A stretch of 64,000 bases of DNA from Candidatus Microgenomates bacterium (GTDB lineage Bacteria > Patescibacteriota > Microgenomatia > UBA8517 > JACQJR01). The notes beneath the pieces are model-generated. The model saw only the letters and a list, made by a program, of their open reading frames with translations, did no database searches and was not told where the DNA came from. The stretch spans positions 369,132 through 433,131 of the forward strand of contig JACQJR010000001.1 in NCBI GenBank assembly GCA_016204995.1, given 5' to 3'. This document shows, in pieces, positions 27,730 to 36,730 of the stretch. The translations under genes were made by a program, and so were the position numbers. Every line of letters starts with the position of its first letter. The first letter of the stretch is position 1.

Positions 27730-29076
27730 CTATTTTACACCTTGGCGGGAAACTTGTTGATGCCGACTAAATTCTTCGTTAAACTGTTGTCTATCAATTT
27801 TCTGACCTTTAACCGCAAATAATTCTTCCAAAACTTCTAAAGGAAAACCATAAGTTTGATAAAGATCAAAAGCAATCTTGCCGTCAATTTGAGCAATTTT
27901 TTCAATCTCTGCCAAACCTCTCTCTAAAGTTTTACCAAATTTATCCAGCTCTTGGCGAATAACATCAGCTATCTCATCTTTTTTAGAAATATCTAACATA
28001 TCGGTACCAGCGTATGTGTCAATAACACTACCACTGACTACTGCTAAATCTTGAGGTTTTTCCGTGGAACCGCAGATGCTATTAAATTTTACCGCCGCTC
28101 TTCTTAATAGTCTTCTTAAGACATAACCTTGCATTTTGTTGGAAGGTAGAATATCACTGGCAATAATAAAAGTAGCCGCTTTCATATGATCGGTAATGAT
28201 CTCAAATTGCTCTGATACAGCGATATCTTGGTAACTTCTTCCACTAATATTTTCTATTGCAGTAATAATTTTACTAAATAAGTCTGTCTCAAATATATCA
28301 GGGTTATCATTTGTTGCCGCTGTCATTCTCTCTAAACCGCCGCCAAAATCCACGTTTTTTTGGGTAAGTTCTTGTAAAGTTCCGTCCGCTTGCTTTTGAT
28401 ATTGGATAAAAACCGAGTTGCCGATTTCTACAAATCTGCCGCAATCGCAATTAGGATGACATTTATCTCCAAATCTTGGATCATGTTCCACTTGAGTAAA
28501 TTCATAAAATACTTCACTGTCCGGACCGCCGATTTCGCCGGCTGGCATTTGCTCCGGTGTGCCCGAACGAGACCACCAGTTTTTTTCTACGCCGTAGGCG
28601 AAAATATGATCCTCGGGGACGCCTAAACTTTTCCAGATTTCATAAGACTCATTATCTTTTGGTACTCCACTATTGCCACCTGTCCCGAGCGAAGCCGAGG
28701 GATCAAAAATACTGACATACAATTTTTCGTGAGATAGCTTTAACTCTTCTGTTAAAAATTGCCAAAACCAGGGAAGTTGTTCTTTTTTAAAATAATCTCC
28801 CAAAGACCAATTACCTAACATTTCAAAAAAAGTAGTATGGCGATTATCACCTACTTCTTCTATATCCTGTGCTCTAAAACATTTTTGGGAATTAACTAGT
28901 CTTTTTCCTTGCGGATGCGGCTTACCCAATAGATAGGGAACTAAAGGCTGCATGCCAGCACTGGTAAATAAAGTGGAAGGGTCATTTTCCGGAACAAGAG
29001 ATGCACTAGGGATTTCCTGATGCCCATATCTCACAAAAAATTCAATATATTTTCTCCGCACCTCTTCTGAAGTCAT
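27730..29076 (-). CDS. alaS: alanine--tRNA ligase, N-terminal catalytic/tRNA-recognition half only (448 aa; no editing or C-Ala domain)
   Basis: FTSAGM, FFEMLGNWSLGDYFK class-II AlaRS motifs; ORF ends after the tRNA-recognition region. Confidence 0.85.
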   Translation of the reverse strand: MTSEEVRRKYIEFFVRYGHQEIPSASLVPENDPSTLFTSAGMQPLVPYLLGKPHPQGKRLVNSQKCFRAQDIEEVGDNRHTTFFEMLGNWSLGDYFKKEQLPWFWQFLTEELKLSHEKLYVSIFDPSASLGTGGNSGVPKDNESYEIWKSLGVPEDHIFAYGVEKNWWSRSGTPEQMPAGEIGGPDSEVFYEFTQVEHDPRFGDKCHPNCDCGRFVEIGNSVFIQYQKQADGTLQELTQKNVDFGGGLERMTAATNDNPDIFETDLFSKIITAIENISGRSYQDIAVSEQFEIITDHMKAATFIIASDILPSNKMQGYVLRRLLRRAAVKFNSICGSTEKPQDLAVVSGSVIDTYAGTDMLDISKKDEIADVIRQELDKFGKTLERGLAEIEKIAQIDGKIAFDLYQTYGFPLEVLEELFAVKGQKIDRQQFNEEFSRHQQVSRQGVK

Positions 29077-29133
29077 GAAGATAGTATACTTGAGGCTACT
29101 CTTTAACTCAAGAGACGTATACCAGTATTATCA

Positions 29134-29550
29134 TTAATTAATACGCAATATACTATTTAATTCCGGTTGCAGATGGGGATTATTTTTCAGCTCACACCAC
29201 CATTTCAATTCACTACCTTGTGGTACGTAAACTTTTAATAAAGGGGTTATAGAAATTTTATAGTTTTTATCGAAATCTAAACCATAAGATTTAATAATAT
29301 TTTGCGCTTCCTCTTCACTAATAGATTTATATCCAACCAATAATACACCTTCTTGATATTGATGGCTTTTTCCAATCTCTTTTTGTTTTTGTTTTATACA
29401 TTGAGACAATTCATTAGGTATGGGAGAAGAAAATGGTTGAGAAGAAAAAAAGTTAATTTTTTGCGAAATAAGATAACCACCTATAACTAAAGCTACTACA
29501 ATAAATATTATTATTGGCACAAAGCCTTTTTGGGGAGAATTTACCGTCAT
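29134..29550 (-). CDS. membrane-anchored hypothetical protein with prepilin-like N-terminus (paralog of 30488-31102 at the N-terminus)
   Basis: 138 aa; MTVNSPQKG|FVPIIIFIVVALVIGG resembles a class III (G|F) signal; shared N-terminus with the neighbouring paralog. Confidence 0.45.
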   Translation of the reverse strand: MTVNSPQKGFVPIIIFIVVALVIGGYLISQKINFFSSQPFSSPIPNELSQCIKQKQKEIGKSHQYQEGVLLVGYKSISEEEAQNIIKSYGLDFDKNYKISITPLLKVYVPQGSELKWWCELKNNPHLQPELNSILRIN

Positions 29551-29806
29551 ACTTAACTATTAATTCCCCCCCCAACATGTCAAGTGCCAATCATGGAAAA
29601 TAATGATATAATGAATAACTATGACCAAGTCAACACGATTAACCAAGGCATATAGAAGGTACCGAAAAGAACGTGTTGGCACCAAAGTCGTGTTGGGATT
29701 TTTGCGCCTTTTTATGCCTGAAATGATTTTTAGAACCACCAGACTGGAAGGAGAAAAGGTCAGTCGCCGAACGGTTTCCTCTCTATTCAAATAATCTGGC
29801 GAGTTA

Positions 29807-30445
29807 ATGGCAAAAGCTACCACCAAACCAAAAGGGGCCACTTCTTATAAAGAAACTGCTTTTGGCATTATTCCCCATTCAAAACTTATCAAACTAGAAT
29901 TGGAAGGCATTAAAAGAGGACTGGAATATATTTATGGAATTATTCAGAGAAGAAAAGCTACTAACGTTACACCAAATTTAATCTGCAAGCTCCATCTAAT
30001 TTCCTTCGGTTGGATTTTCCCTACCTGGGCAGGAAAGTATAGAAAAATTCAAGTAACCTTTTCCGGAAAAGAAACACCATCTTATTATCAGTTACCAGAA
30101 CTCATTACAAATCTTTGCCAGGATTTAGAGGAACGATTAAAACATTTACCAGAACCCCTTAATGATGCTTTCATTATTGAAGTGGTAAAACTTTTAGCCT
30201 GGTTTCAACATCAATTTGTCTTCATTCATCCGTTTCAAGACTACAACGGCAGAACCGCCAGAATGTTAACAAGCTTCATCCTATTAAAACTTAATTTACC
30301 TCCAATTGAGCTTAAAGCAGAAACAGGTCTGGACAGAAAAAAATACCTCAAGGCTATGCAAAAAGCTGATGGGGGAAACTACTCGCTGCTTGAAACGCTT
30401 ATTAAGCGTGCTCTATCAGAATCATTAGAAAAAGTGAGGGGATAA
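29807..30445 (+). CDS. Fic/Doc-family protein (Fic motif variant HPFQDYNGRTAR)
   Basis: 212 aa; HPFxDxNGRxxR core matches the Fic HxFx(D/E)GNGRxxR motif with Gly to Tyr substitution. Confidence 0.75.
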   Translation: MAKATTKPKGATSYKETAFGIIPHSKLIKLELEGIKRGLEYIYGIIQRRKATNVTPNLICKLHLISFGWIFPTWAGKYRKIQVTFSGKETPSYYQLPELITNLCQDLEERLKHLPEPLNDAFIIEVVKLLAWFQHQFVFIHPFQDYNGRTARMLTSFILLKLNLPPIELKAETGLDRKKYLKAMQKADGGNYSLLETLIKRALSESLEKVRG

Positions 30446-30487
30446 TCTTCTTGTCATGGCGAGGAGCGAAGAGACGAAAGAATCTAA

Positions 30488-31102
30488 TTATTGAGTGAAT
30501 TTAAAGGTGGAGAGGATTTTAAATAGTTCATCTTCAATAGATTGATTTGGCCCTTCATATCTAAGGTAAAATATGAATTCATCGCCGTCCTTTTCAATCA
30601 TATTAGACATGAAGTCTTGGTGACCGTCATTAATACGGGCCATCTCATCTTCTGTGTTGTTTACCAACTTTTTATATTCTTCATCTGATATTTTGGTTAT
30701 TTTGTTAATTTTCAATTGATTATTTGATAATACTACCTTTATCTCTCCTGTAATGACATTAATACCATGGCCCCCCATGAATTTTTCTATAATTAATGTA
30801 GGCTTCTCGGGTATTCCTGCATTACTAATAACTACCATACTGCCCCCTCCTGTAGTATCCGCTAAGGAATAAGTTAAAGGATATTGAATTGAAAATTTAT
30901 ACCTTGAATTGGTATACGTTTTCCAGCTAGCAGTTTCATCTAAAGAGGTAGGAGAAGGTAAAACCGTGTTCATAGATTCGCGGGGAGTTAGAGTTATGGA
31001 TTGTTTACCCAGAAAGTATGCTCCGCCACCAATAGCTAAAATTACCACTATTATTAAAATTAGTATTGGAGTAAAACCGCCCTGTTTGGAGTTTACGACC
31101 AT
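30488..31102 (-). CDS. membrane-anchored hypothetical protein with prepilin-like N-terminus
   Basis: 204 aa; MVVNSKQGG|FTPILILIIVVILAIGG; the N-terminal 25 aa are paralogous to 29134-29550. Confidence 0.45.
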   Translation of the reverse strand: MVVNSKQGGFTPILILIIVVILAIGGGAYFLGKQSITLTPRESMNTVLPSPTSLDETASWKTYTNSRYKFSIQYPLTYSLADTTGGGSMVVISNAGIPEKPTLIIEKFMGGHGINVITGEIKVVLSNNQLKINKITKISDEEYKKLVNNTEDEMARINDGHQDFMSNMIEKDGDEFIFYLRYEGPNQSIEDELFKILSTFKFTQ

Positions 31103-31160
31103 ATTTAATTTTTAATCCCCCCCCAGCATGTCAATAGGCAAAAGGTGTATAATAAAATAT

Positions 31161-31376
31161 ATGCAAAAAGTTCATGCTGTTGTCTGGCAAGAAGATAGTT
31201 GGTGGGTAGCCAAAGCTCTGGAGGTAGAAGTGGCTAGTCAGGGCAAAAGCGAAAAATCAGCTCTGGCTAATTTAAAAGAAGCACTAGAGCTATATTTTGA
31301 AGATCAAACGAAAGTAGAATTAACTCCAGTTCACTCACCGAAACTTCAGGATATGGCTATTCAAACAAATGCCTAA
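31161..31376 (+). CDS. hicB: HicB-family antitoxin (UPF0150-like); the ORF track starts at 31128 but the internal Met MQKVHAVVWQ is the likelier start
   Basis: HAVVWQEDSWWVAKALEV...SEKSALANLKEALELYFED matches the HicB N-terminal domain; overlaps the downstream hicA by 8 nt. Confidence 0.65.
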   Translation: MQKVHAVVWQEDSWWVAKALEVEVASQGKSEKSALANLKEALELYFEDQTKVELTPVHSPKLQDMAIQTNA

Positions 31377-31593
31377 ACTTTACTCTGCTAGGGAAATCAT
31401 TAAAACACTAAATAGGGCAGGTTTTACTATTGTCAGCCAAAGAGGCAGTCATATTAAATTATTTAAAAGAGAAAGGGATAAATCTTTTACTGCTATTGTG
31501 CCCAATCACAAACAAGTTGCCATCGGTACTTTTAACAGCATCTTGAAACAAGCCGGCATGACCAGAGAAGAATTTGAAAAGTGGATTAGATAA
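31369..31593 (+). CDS. hicA: HicA-family mRNA interferase toxin
   Basis: 74 aa; ...REIIKTLNRAGFTIVSQRGSHIKLFK... YcfA/HicA signature with conserved GSH. Confidence 0.75.
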   Translation: MPKLYSAREIIKTLNRAGFTIVSQRGSHIKLFKRERDKSFTAIVPNHKQVAIGTFNSILKQAGMTREEFEKWIR

Positions 31594-31596
31594 AAA

Positions 31597-31962
31597 TTAA
31601 GCCAGGGGTTTACCTTGGCGGTGAAAGACCCGGCGGCCGCGTTCTTGCAGAGCCGTAATATGCTCCAAAGAATCTTTTTGGGTGTGAACTACCACGTCAT
31701 CAGTTTGATATTGGGCAGTACTAGTCACAGAATTTTCATATTCTGATGTAGAATTTTTACCGCTTTTTAAGACATGCTCTAATAACCCCCAGGCGGACAG
31801 AGTAGAAGTTTGGGCAGATTGCGAAATAGTATGGTTAATTTTTTTGACCGTGCCTCTGACATCTTTTAAGATAAAAATGACTTGTACTCCCACAAATACC
31901 AACAGGGCTGTTAAAATTAAGACCACCGCTCCCAATAATAATTGAACGCCAGCAATTTCCAT
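31597..31962 (-). CDS. small membrane protein, hypothetical
   Basis: 121 aa; single N-terminal TM. Confidence 0.4.
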   Translation of the reverse strand: MEIAGVQLLLGAVVLILTALLVFVGVQVIFILKDVRGTVKKINHTISQSAQTSTLSAWGLLEHVLKSGKNSTSEYENSVTSTAQYQTDDVVVHTQKDSLEHITALQERGRRVFHRQGKPLA

Positions 31963-32555
31963 TATGGTATGGCTACTTCTTTTCTGGTAGCCTTGCCGCT
32001 TCTGGATAAAGCTTCAATAGTCAAAGTGGTGCCGGTTTGGGCGGTTAAGTTAAATTGAAAACTGCCATTATCTTCTACCAACACCACCTCGTTATTAATC
32101 ACAACGCGGCTATCAGCGTTAGTGGTGCCTTTAATTAAAACTGAATCACCTTTTCGTTCCATACCTACGGTCAATGGCGGCGGAACGGCATATACTAAAT
32201 ACTGTTTAGTCAGATAAAAAACTAACAGCCCAATAGTAAACACTGCTACTGCCGCTATGGTTAGTCGGGGAGTCCAGATAGCCCGTGGAACTACTGTCTC
32301 CACTTTTTCCTCTTCTGCAAAATCACGACGCAGAAGTGCCAAAGCCAATTCCTCGCTCACTCCTACTGCCCCGGCAATGTTTCTGACAAAGCCGCGCGCG
32401 ACAGCAAAATTTGGCACCATTTGCCACTCGCCCTTTTCAATCGCCAGAATATAACGTGGTTTAATTTTGGTGGCGAAAGACAAGCGATCAATAGACACCC
32501 GATGTTTTTTTCTGGCTTCTTGAATAATTTCTCCCAAAGTCTTCATATAGGTCAA
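31962..32555 (-). CDS. RodZ-like HTH (XRE-type) bitopic membrane protein
   Basis: 197 aa; N-terminal HTH LGEIIQEARKKHRVSIDRLSFATKI, central TM, C-terminal beta-rich domain; adjacent to ftsK. Confidence 0.55.
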   Translation of the reverse strand: MTYMKTLGEIIQEARKKHRVSIDRLSFATKIKPRYILAIEKGEWQMVPNFAVARGFVRNIAGAVGVSEELALALLRRDFAEEEKVETVVPRAIWTPRLTIAAVAVFTIGLLVFYLTKQYLVYAVPPPLTVGMERKGDSVLIKGTTNADSRVVINNEVVLVEDNGSFQFNLTAQTGTTLTIEALSRSGKATRKEVAIP

Positions 32556-34612
32556 TTTCCCGATAGAAATTCTTCAGCATTTTTGACTAACACTTCGCGA
32601 GGCTTAGCTCCTTCGGCCGGCCCGACCACTCCTGACCCTTCCAGTTGATCTAAAATTCTGGCGGCCCGGGCATAGCCGATAGATAATCTTCTTTGTAAGA
32701 GCGAAGCCGAAGCCCGATCGTATTGGCAAATAATGCGCACTGCCTGATCAAATAAATCATCTCGTTCTTCTACCCCGCCATCTCCCCCCACACCGCTTGT
32801 CACATATTTAGTCGGCATGGTTACCACCTCTTCCGTATATTGCGGCGTCACTCCATTACGCTTTAAGAAATCAATCACCCGATTAATCTCCGCATCTGAC
32901 ACGAATGACCCTTGAATCCGAGTGGGTTTGGCTTGCTCCGGAGGAATAAACAACATATCGCCCCGACCCAATAATTTCTCGGCCCCAGGCACATCTAAAA
33001 TCACCCGCGAATCAACTTGAGACGCTACGGCAAAAGCGGCTCGGGCCGGGATGTTGGCTTTAATTAAACCAGTAATAATATCAACTGATGGCCTTTGAGT
33101 AGCAATCAACATGTGAATGCCGGTCGCGCGGGACATTTGGGCAATTCTGGTGACTGTTTCCTCCACTTCGGCTGGGGCAAATAACATAATATCCGCTAGC
33201 TCGTCAATGAACAAAACTATGTAAGGCAAGGCTTGAAAGCCGGACAATTCGTTAAAACTTTCAATGTTGCGGGCCCCTACCTGGGCAAACAGTTTATAGC
33301 GGCGGTCCATTTCCGCCATGGTCCATTTTAAGGCAGACAAAACTTTTTCCGGTTCCACAATCACTGGACTTAATAAATGGGGAATGCCGTTGTAGCCGGT
33401 CAATTCCACCCGTTTAGGATCCACCATAATAAATTTCACTTCATCCGGCGAAGCCCTAAATAGAATTGAACAGATAAAAGAGTTAATGGCGACAGACTTG
33501 CCGCTGCCGGTTTGGCCGGCAATTAACATGTGGGGCATCCTAGCTAGATCTGTCACAATCGGATTACCGGAAACATCCAAGCCCATAGACAACCCTAATT
33601 TGGATTTGAGATTACGCATATTTTCTGCTTCTAAAATTCGTTTTAAACCCACAAATTCCGGACTTCTATTGGGCAATTCTATGCCGATTAGGGAACGGCC
33701 GGGGATAGGCGCTTCAATTCTGATTTGTCCGGTAGGAGCAGCCAAAGCTAGGGCTAAATCCCGATCCAGAGCGGTAATGCGAGACAGCTTGGTTCCCAGT
33801 CCTACTTCCAAAGCATATTGAGTAACTGTCGGGCCTAAATTAACTTCTACTACTCTGGCAGTAATACCAAAAGATTCCAGAGTCCGTTCAATAATAGAAG
33901 CATGCTGTTTAATATCGCCCCGCTCGGCTTTGCCGCCGACGCTGTCAGATAAAAGCGATAAGGGCGGATATTGCCAGACCCGGGCTTGACCGGGGACATT
34001 ACTGACTAAAGTTTGAGAAAGGGGTTGCTCTTTATTATTTTTGACCGGCGAAGACGGTTTATTCTGCTCGGCTCCGGAAACCCGCAAATTAGAACGCGTT
34101 GCCAGCTGCGGTCTCTTACCAAATAAAATCCCCTTCAAAAAATTAAAGGCAGATAAAATTCCGCCAATAATCTGATCGGTAGAGGTGTTGAAAAAGACCA
34201 AGATACCAACGATGGCACCGGCTAAAAATAGTAAAAAGGCGCCGGGGGCGGTAATTAATGAAGTAACGCCGGCAAAAGCATTTTGTCCGGCCAGGCCTGC
34301 TTGGGTCAAACTGATCGCACAGACAAAAAAAAGTAAAAATCCCACAAAAACATTAGGCGAGTTTAGAGGAGTTTTAAAACGGGAGAATAAAAAACCAGTA
34401 ACGATCAATAAAAATGGCAATAAGAATGTGGCCCAACCCACCATTTGGAAAAGCAAATCATTTAAAAGGGCCAGCCACATCCCCTGGCGGGAAAAGGAGA
34501 CAATTACTAAAACCGCCAAAATTAAAAAGGTAATTTGGGCGATAGAATAAACAGTCTGCTTCTTAATGCGGAGTTTAAAGGCTCGGACAGTCAACTTCCT
34601 TCTTCTGGACAT
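32552..34612 (-). CDS. ftsK: DNA translocase FtsK/SpoIIIE
   Basis: 686 aa; N-terminal TM helices; motor domain with HMLIAGQTGSGKS Walker A and FIMVDPKRVEL. Confidence 0.92.
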   Translation of the reverse strand: MSRRRKLTVRAFKLRIKKQTVYSIAQITFLILAVLVIVSFSRQGMWLALLNDLLFQMVGWATFLLPFLLIVTGFLFSRFKTPLNSPNVFVGFLLFFVCAISLTQAGLAGQNAFAGVTSLITAPGAFLLFLAGAIVGILVFFNTSTDQIIGGILSAFNFLKGILFGKRPQLATRSNLRVSGAEQNKPSSPVKNNKEQPLSQTLVSNVPGQARVWQYPPLSLLSDSVGGKAERGDIKQHASIIERTLESFGITARVVEVNLGPTVTQYALEVGLGTKLSRITALDRDLALALAAPTGQIRIEAPIPGRSLIGIELPNRSPEFVGLKRILEAENMRNLKSKLGLSMGLDVSGNPIVTDLARMPHMLIAGQTGSGKSVAINSFICSILFRASPDEVKFIMVDPKRVELTGYNGIPHLLSPVIVEPEKVLSALKWTMAEMDRRYKLFAQVGARNIESFNELSGFQALPYIVLFIDELADIMLFAPAEVEETVTRIAQMSRATGIHMLIATQRPSVDIITGLIKANIPARAAFAVASQVDSRVILDVPGAEKLLGRGDMLFIPPEQAKPTRIQGSFVSDAEINRVIDFLKRNGVTPQYTEEVVTMPTKYVTSGVGGDGGVEERDDLFDQAVRIICQYDRASASLLQRRLSIGYARAARILDQLEGSGVVGPAEGAKPREVLVKNAEEFLSGN

Positions 34613-34690
34613 TAAGCCTATTATAGCATCACTATACGAAGTTGCAATTCAAAATCTTGACAAGAAAACTATGGGTAGTAAACTACAAAT

Positions 34691-35023
34691 ATGCCACAAA
34701 TAGAATCACCATTGCCTCATCTACCAGTAGAAATAATTACTATTGGCAAACGCCATGATGAAACGGAAATTCACCCTTGTATGCTTTGCAAAACTCCCAC
34801 TCAAAAAGTCTATTTATCTCACGAGATGTGGACAAATTATAAAGCAATTAGAGCCGAGGAAATGCCGGCTTACAGGTGCGATGACTGCGGTGGACTGGAA
34901 ACTTTTAACACTGAAGGTGTAATTGAATTTCTTACTCAAGCTATTGGTTTAATTAATCCCACTAAAGACCCGATAATACACGAACTTCTCCGTCAAGAGC
35001 TAACTGCTGCTCTTATAGCGTAA
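34691..35023 (+). CDS. hypothetical protein with 4-Cys zinc-ribbon-like motif
   Basis: 110 aa; CMLC...CDDC. Confidence 0.4.
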   Translation: MPQIESPLPHLPVEIITIGKRHDETEIHPCMLCKTPTQKVYLSHEMWTNYKAIRAEEMPAYRCDDCGGLETFNTEGVIEFLTQAIGLINPTKDPIIHELLRQELTAALIA

Positions 35024-35080
35024 AAAACAAAGTCTGAAATACTTAGGTCGCGAAGCTATCTAACCTGGAAGGTTAAGAAT

Positions 35081-36730
35081 CTAGACTTCTACTACTACCG
35101 GAATGACAATGGGGCGACGGGAGGTTTCTTCCCATAAAAACGGCTCGGTCATAGCCACAATTTGCTCGCGGACAAAATGAACGTCTTTTAATTTCATCTT
35201 TTGCAAGCGTTGGAAAATCAAATTTTTTAATTTATTGTTAATTGCTTCTTCTGATTTGCCAAACAGGAAACCGCGGGTAATCATATCAATATTTATTAAT
35301 TGGCCACTGGCTGCTTCCCATTGAGCAATCACTGCCACAATTCCTTCCTGGGCTAAAGTTTTGCGGTCGCGCAAAATAACCGGCCCCACTTCACCTATCC
35401 CCATACTATCCACAAAAACTTCCCGCACCGGCACCTTACCAGCCACTTTCACCTGATGCTTGTCTATTACAATAGCATTATCCGCCTCTGGCAAAATTAT
35501 TTGCTCTTTTCTATATTTCATCTCATTTGCCAATAGGCGGAATCTGTGCATATGGCGTAAAGTTCCGCCAATTGGGATAAGAGCGCGAGGACGAGTTAAG
35601 GCAATTAACAAAGCAATTTCTGAATGACTGGCATGACCAGACACATGCAAATCATCGGCAATTTCCGCATAGGTAACTGACACGCCGCTGGCGGTTAATA
35701 AATCAATTAAGGCATGAATGGCTAGCTCATTGCCGGGAATATAATCGGTGGAAAAAAGCACGTGGTCGCCGCTGGTCAGTTTAATATGAGGATTTAACCC
35801 TTGAGCAATTTTATCTAAAGATGAACCCATCTGGCCTTGAGCCCCGGCCACAATCAAAGTTAATTTTTGCCTCGGAATTTTATGTAATTGTCGTGGGTCA
35901 ACCAAAGTACCAGAAGGAATTCGCAAATATCCTAGTCTTTGGGCCACCCGGGTAGTTTGCTCAAATGATCTTCCCACAAAGCCGACTTTACGGCCGTTTC
36001 TGACCGAAGCATCAATCGCCTGCTGCACCCGGGAAATATTGGAAGACATAGTGGTCATGATAAAACGGCCCTGAACGTGTCTAATCTCCCGATCAAACAT
36101 ATCATCCAGCGTACTTTCCGACGGAGTTACTCCTTCGTTTTCAATTCTCAAGCAATCTGAAAAAAGCAAATCCACTCCGGCATCGCCGGCCCGGGCAATG
36201 GCTGCCACATCGGAAATTTTGCCGTCAATCGGCGTCCAGTCAAATTTAAAATCACTGCCATGATAGACATTGCCGTAAGGAGTCCGGATAAAATAATGCC
36301 TGGAATCTGGAATAGAATGAGTAATGGGAATAGCCGTAATTTGAAAAGCTCCCAAAGTTAGCTGTTTATCAATCTCACGAAAATTAGCCCCGACGGCAAA
36401 TTCTTTTAGTTTCTCGCTAGCCAGCCCTAAAGTTAATTTACTGCCGTAAATAGGAATTTGTGAACCGCCTTGCAGTTTAGGTAAAACATAAGGCAGGGCG
36501 CCAATGTGATCTTCGTGACCATGGGTTAAAACTATTCCCTTAATTCTTTTTTCCTTGCCCCGTAAAACCGAAATATCAGGAATTACTAAATCTACCCCAA
36601 ACATTTCTTCCTGGGGAAAACCAAAGCCGCAATCTACAATTAAAATATCTCCCTCCGGCGCAATCTCATAAACGAACATGTTGGTCGTCACCCGACCAAA
36701 ACCGCCCAAATTATAGATTTTTAACATCAT
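35081..36730 (-). CDS. rnj: ribonuclease J (beta-CASP metallo-beta-lactamase RNase)
   Basis: 549 aa; LTHGHEDHIGALPY motif and beta-CASP region. Confidence 0.85.
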   Translation of the reverse strand: MMLKIYNLGGFGRVTTNMFVYEIAPEGDILIVDCGFGFPQEEMFGVDLVIPDISVLRGKEKRIKGIVLTHGHEDHIGALPYVLPKLQGGSQIPIYGSKLTLGLASEKLKEFAVGANFREIDKQLTLGAFQITAIPITHSIPDSRHYFIRTPYGNVYHGSDFKFDWTPIDGKISDVAAIARAGDAGVDLLFSDCLRIENEGVTPSESTLDDMFDREIRHVQGRFIMTTMSSNISRVQQAIDASVRNGRKVGFVGRSFEQTTRVAQRLGYLRIPSGTLVDPRQLHKIPRQKLTLIVAGAQGQMGSSLDKIAQGLNPHIKLTSGDHVLFSTDYIPGNELAIHALIDLLTASGVSVTYAEIADDLHVSGHASHSEIALLIALTRPRALIPIGGTLRHMHRFRLLANEMKYRKEQIILPEADNAIVIDKHQVKVAGKVPVREVFVDSMGIGEVGPVILRDRKTLAQEGIVAVIAQWEAASGQLINIDMITRGFLFGKSEEAINNKLKNLIFQRLQKMKLKDVHFVREQIVAMTEPFLWEETSRRPIVIPVVVEV

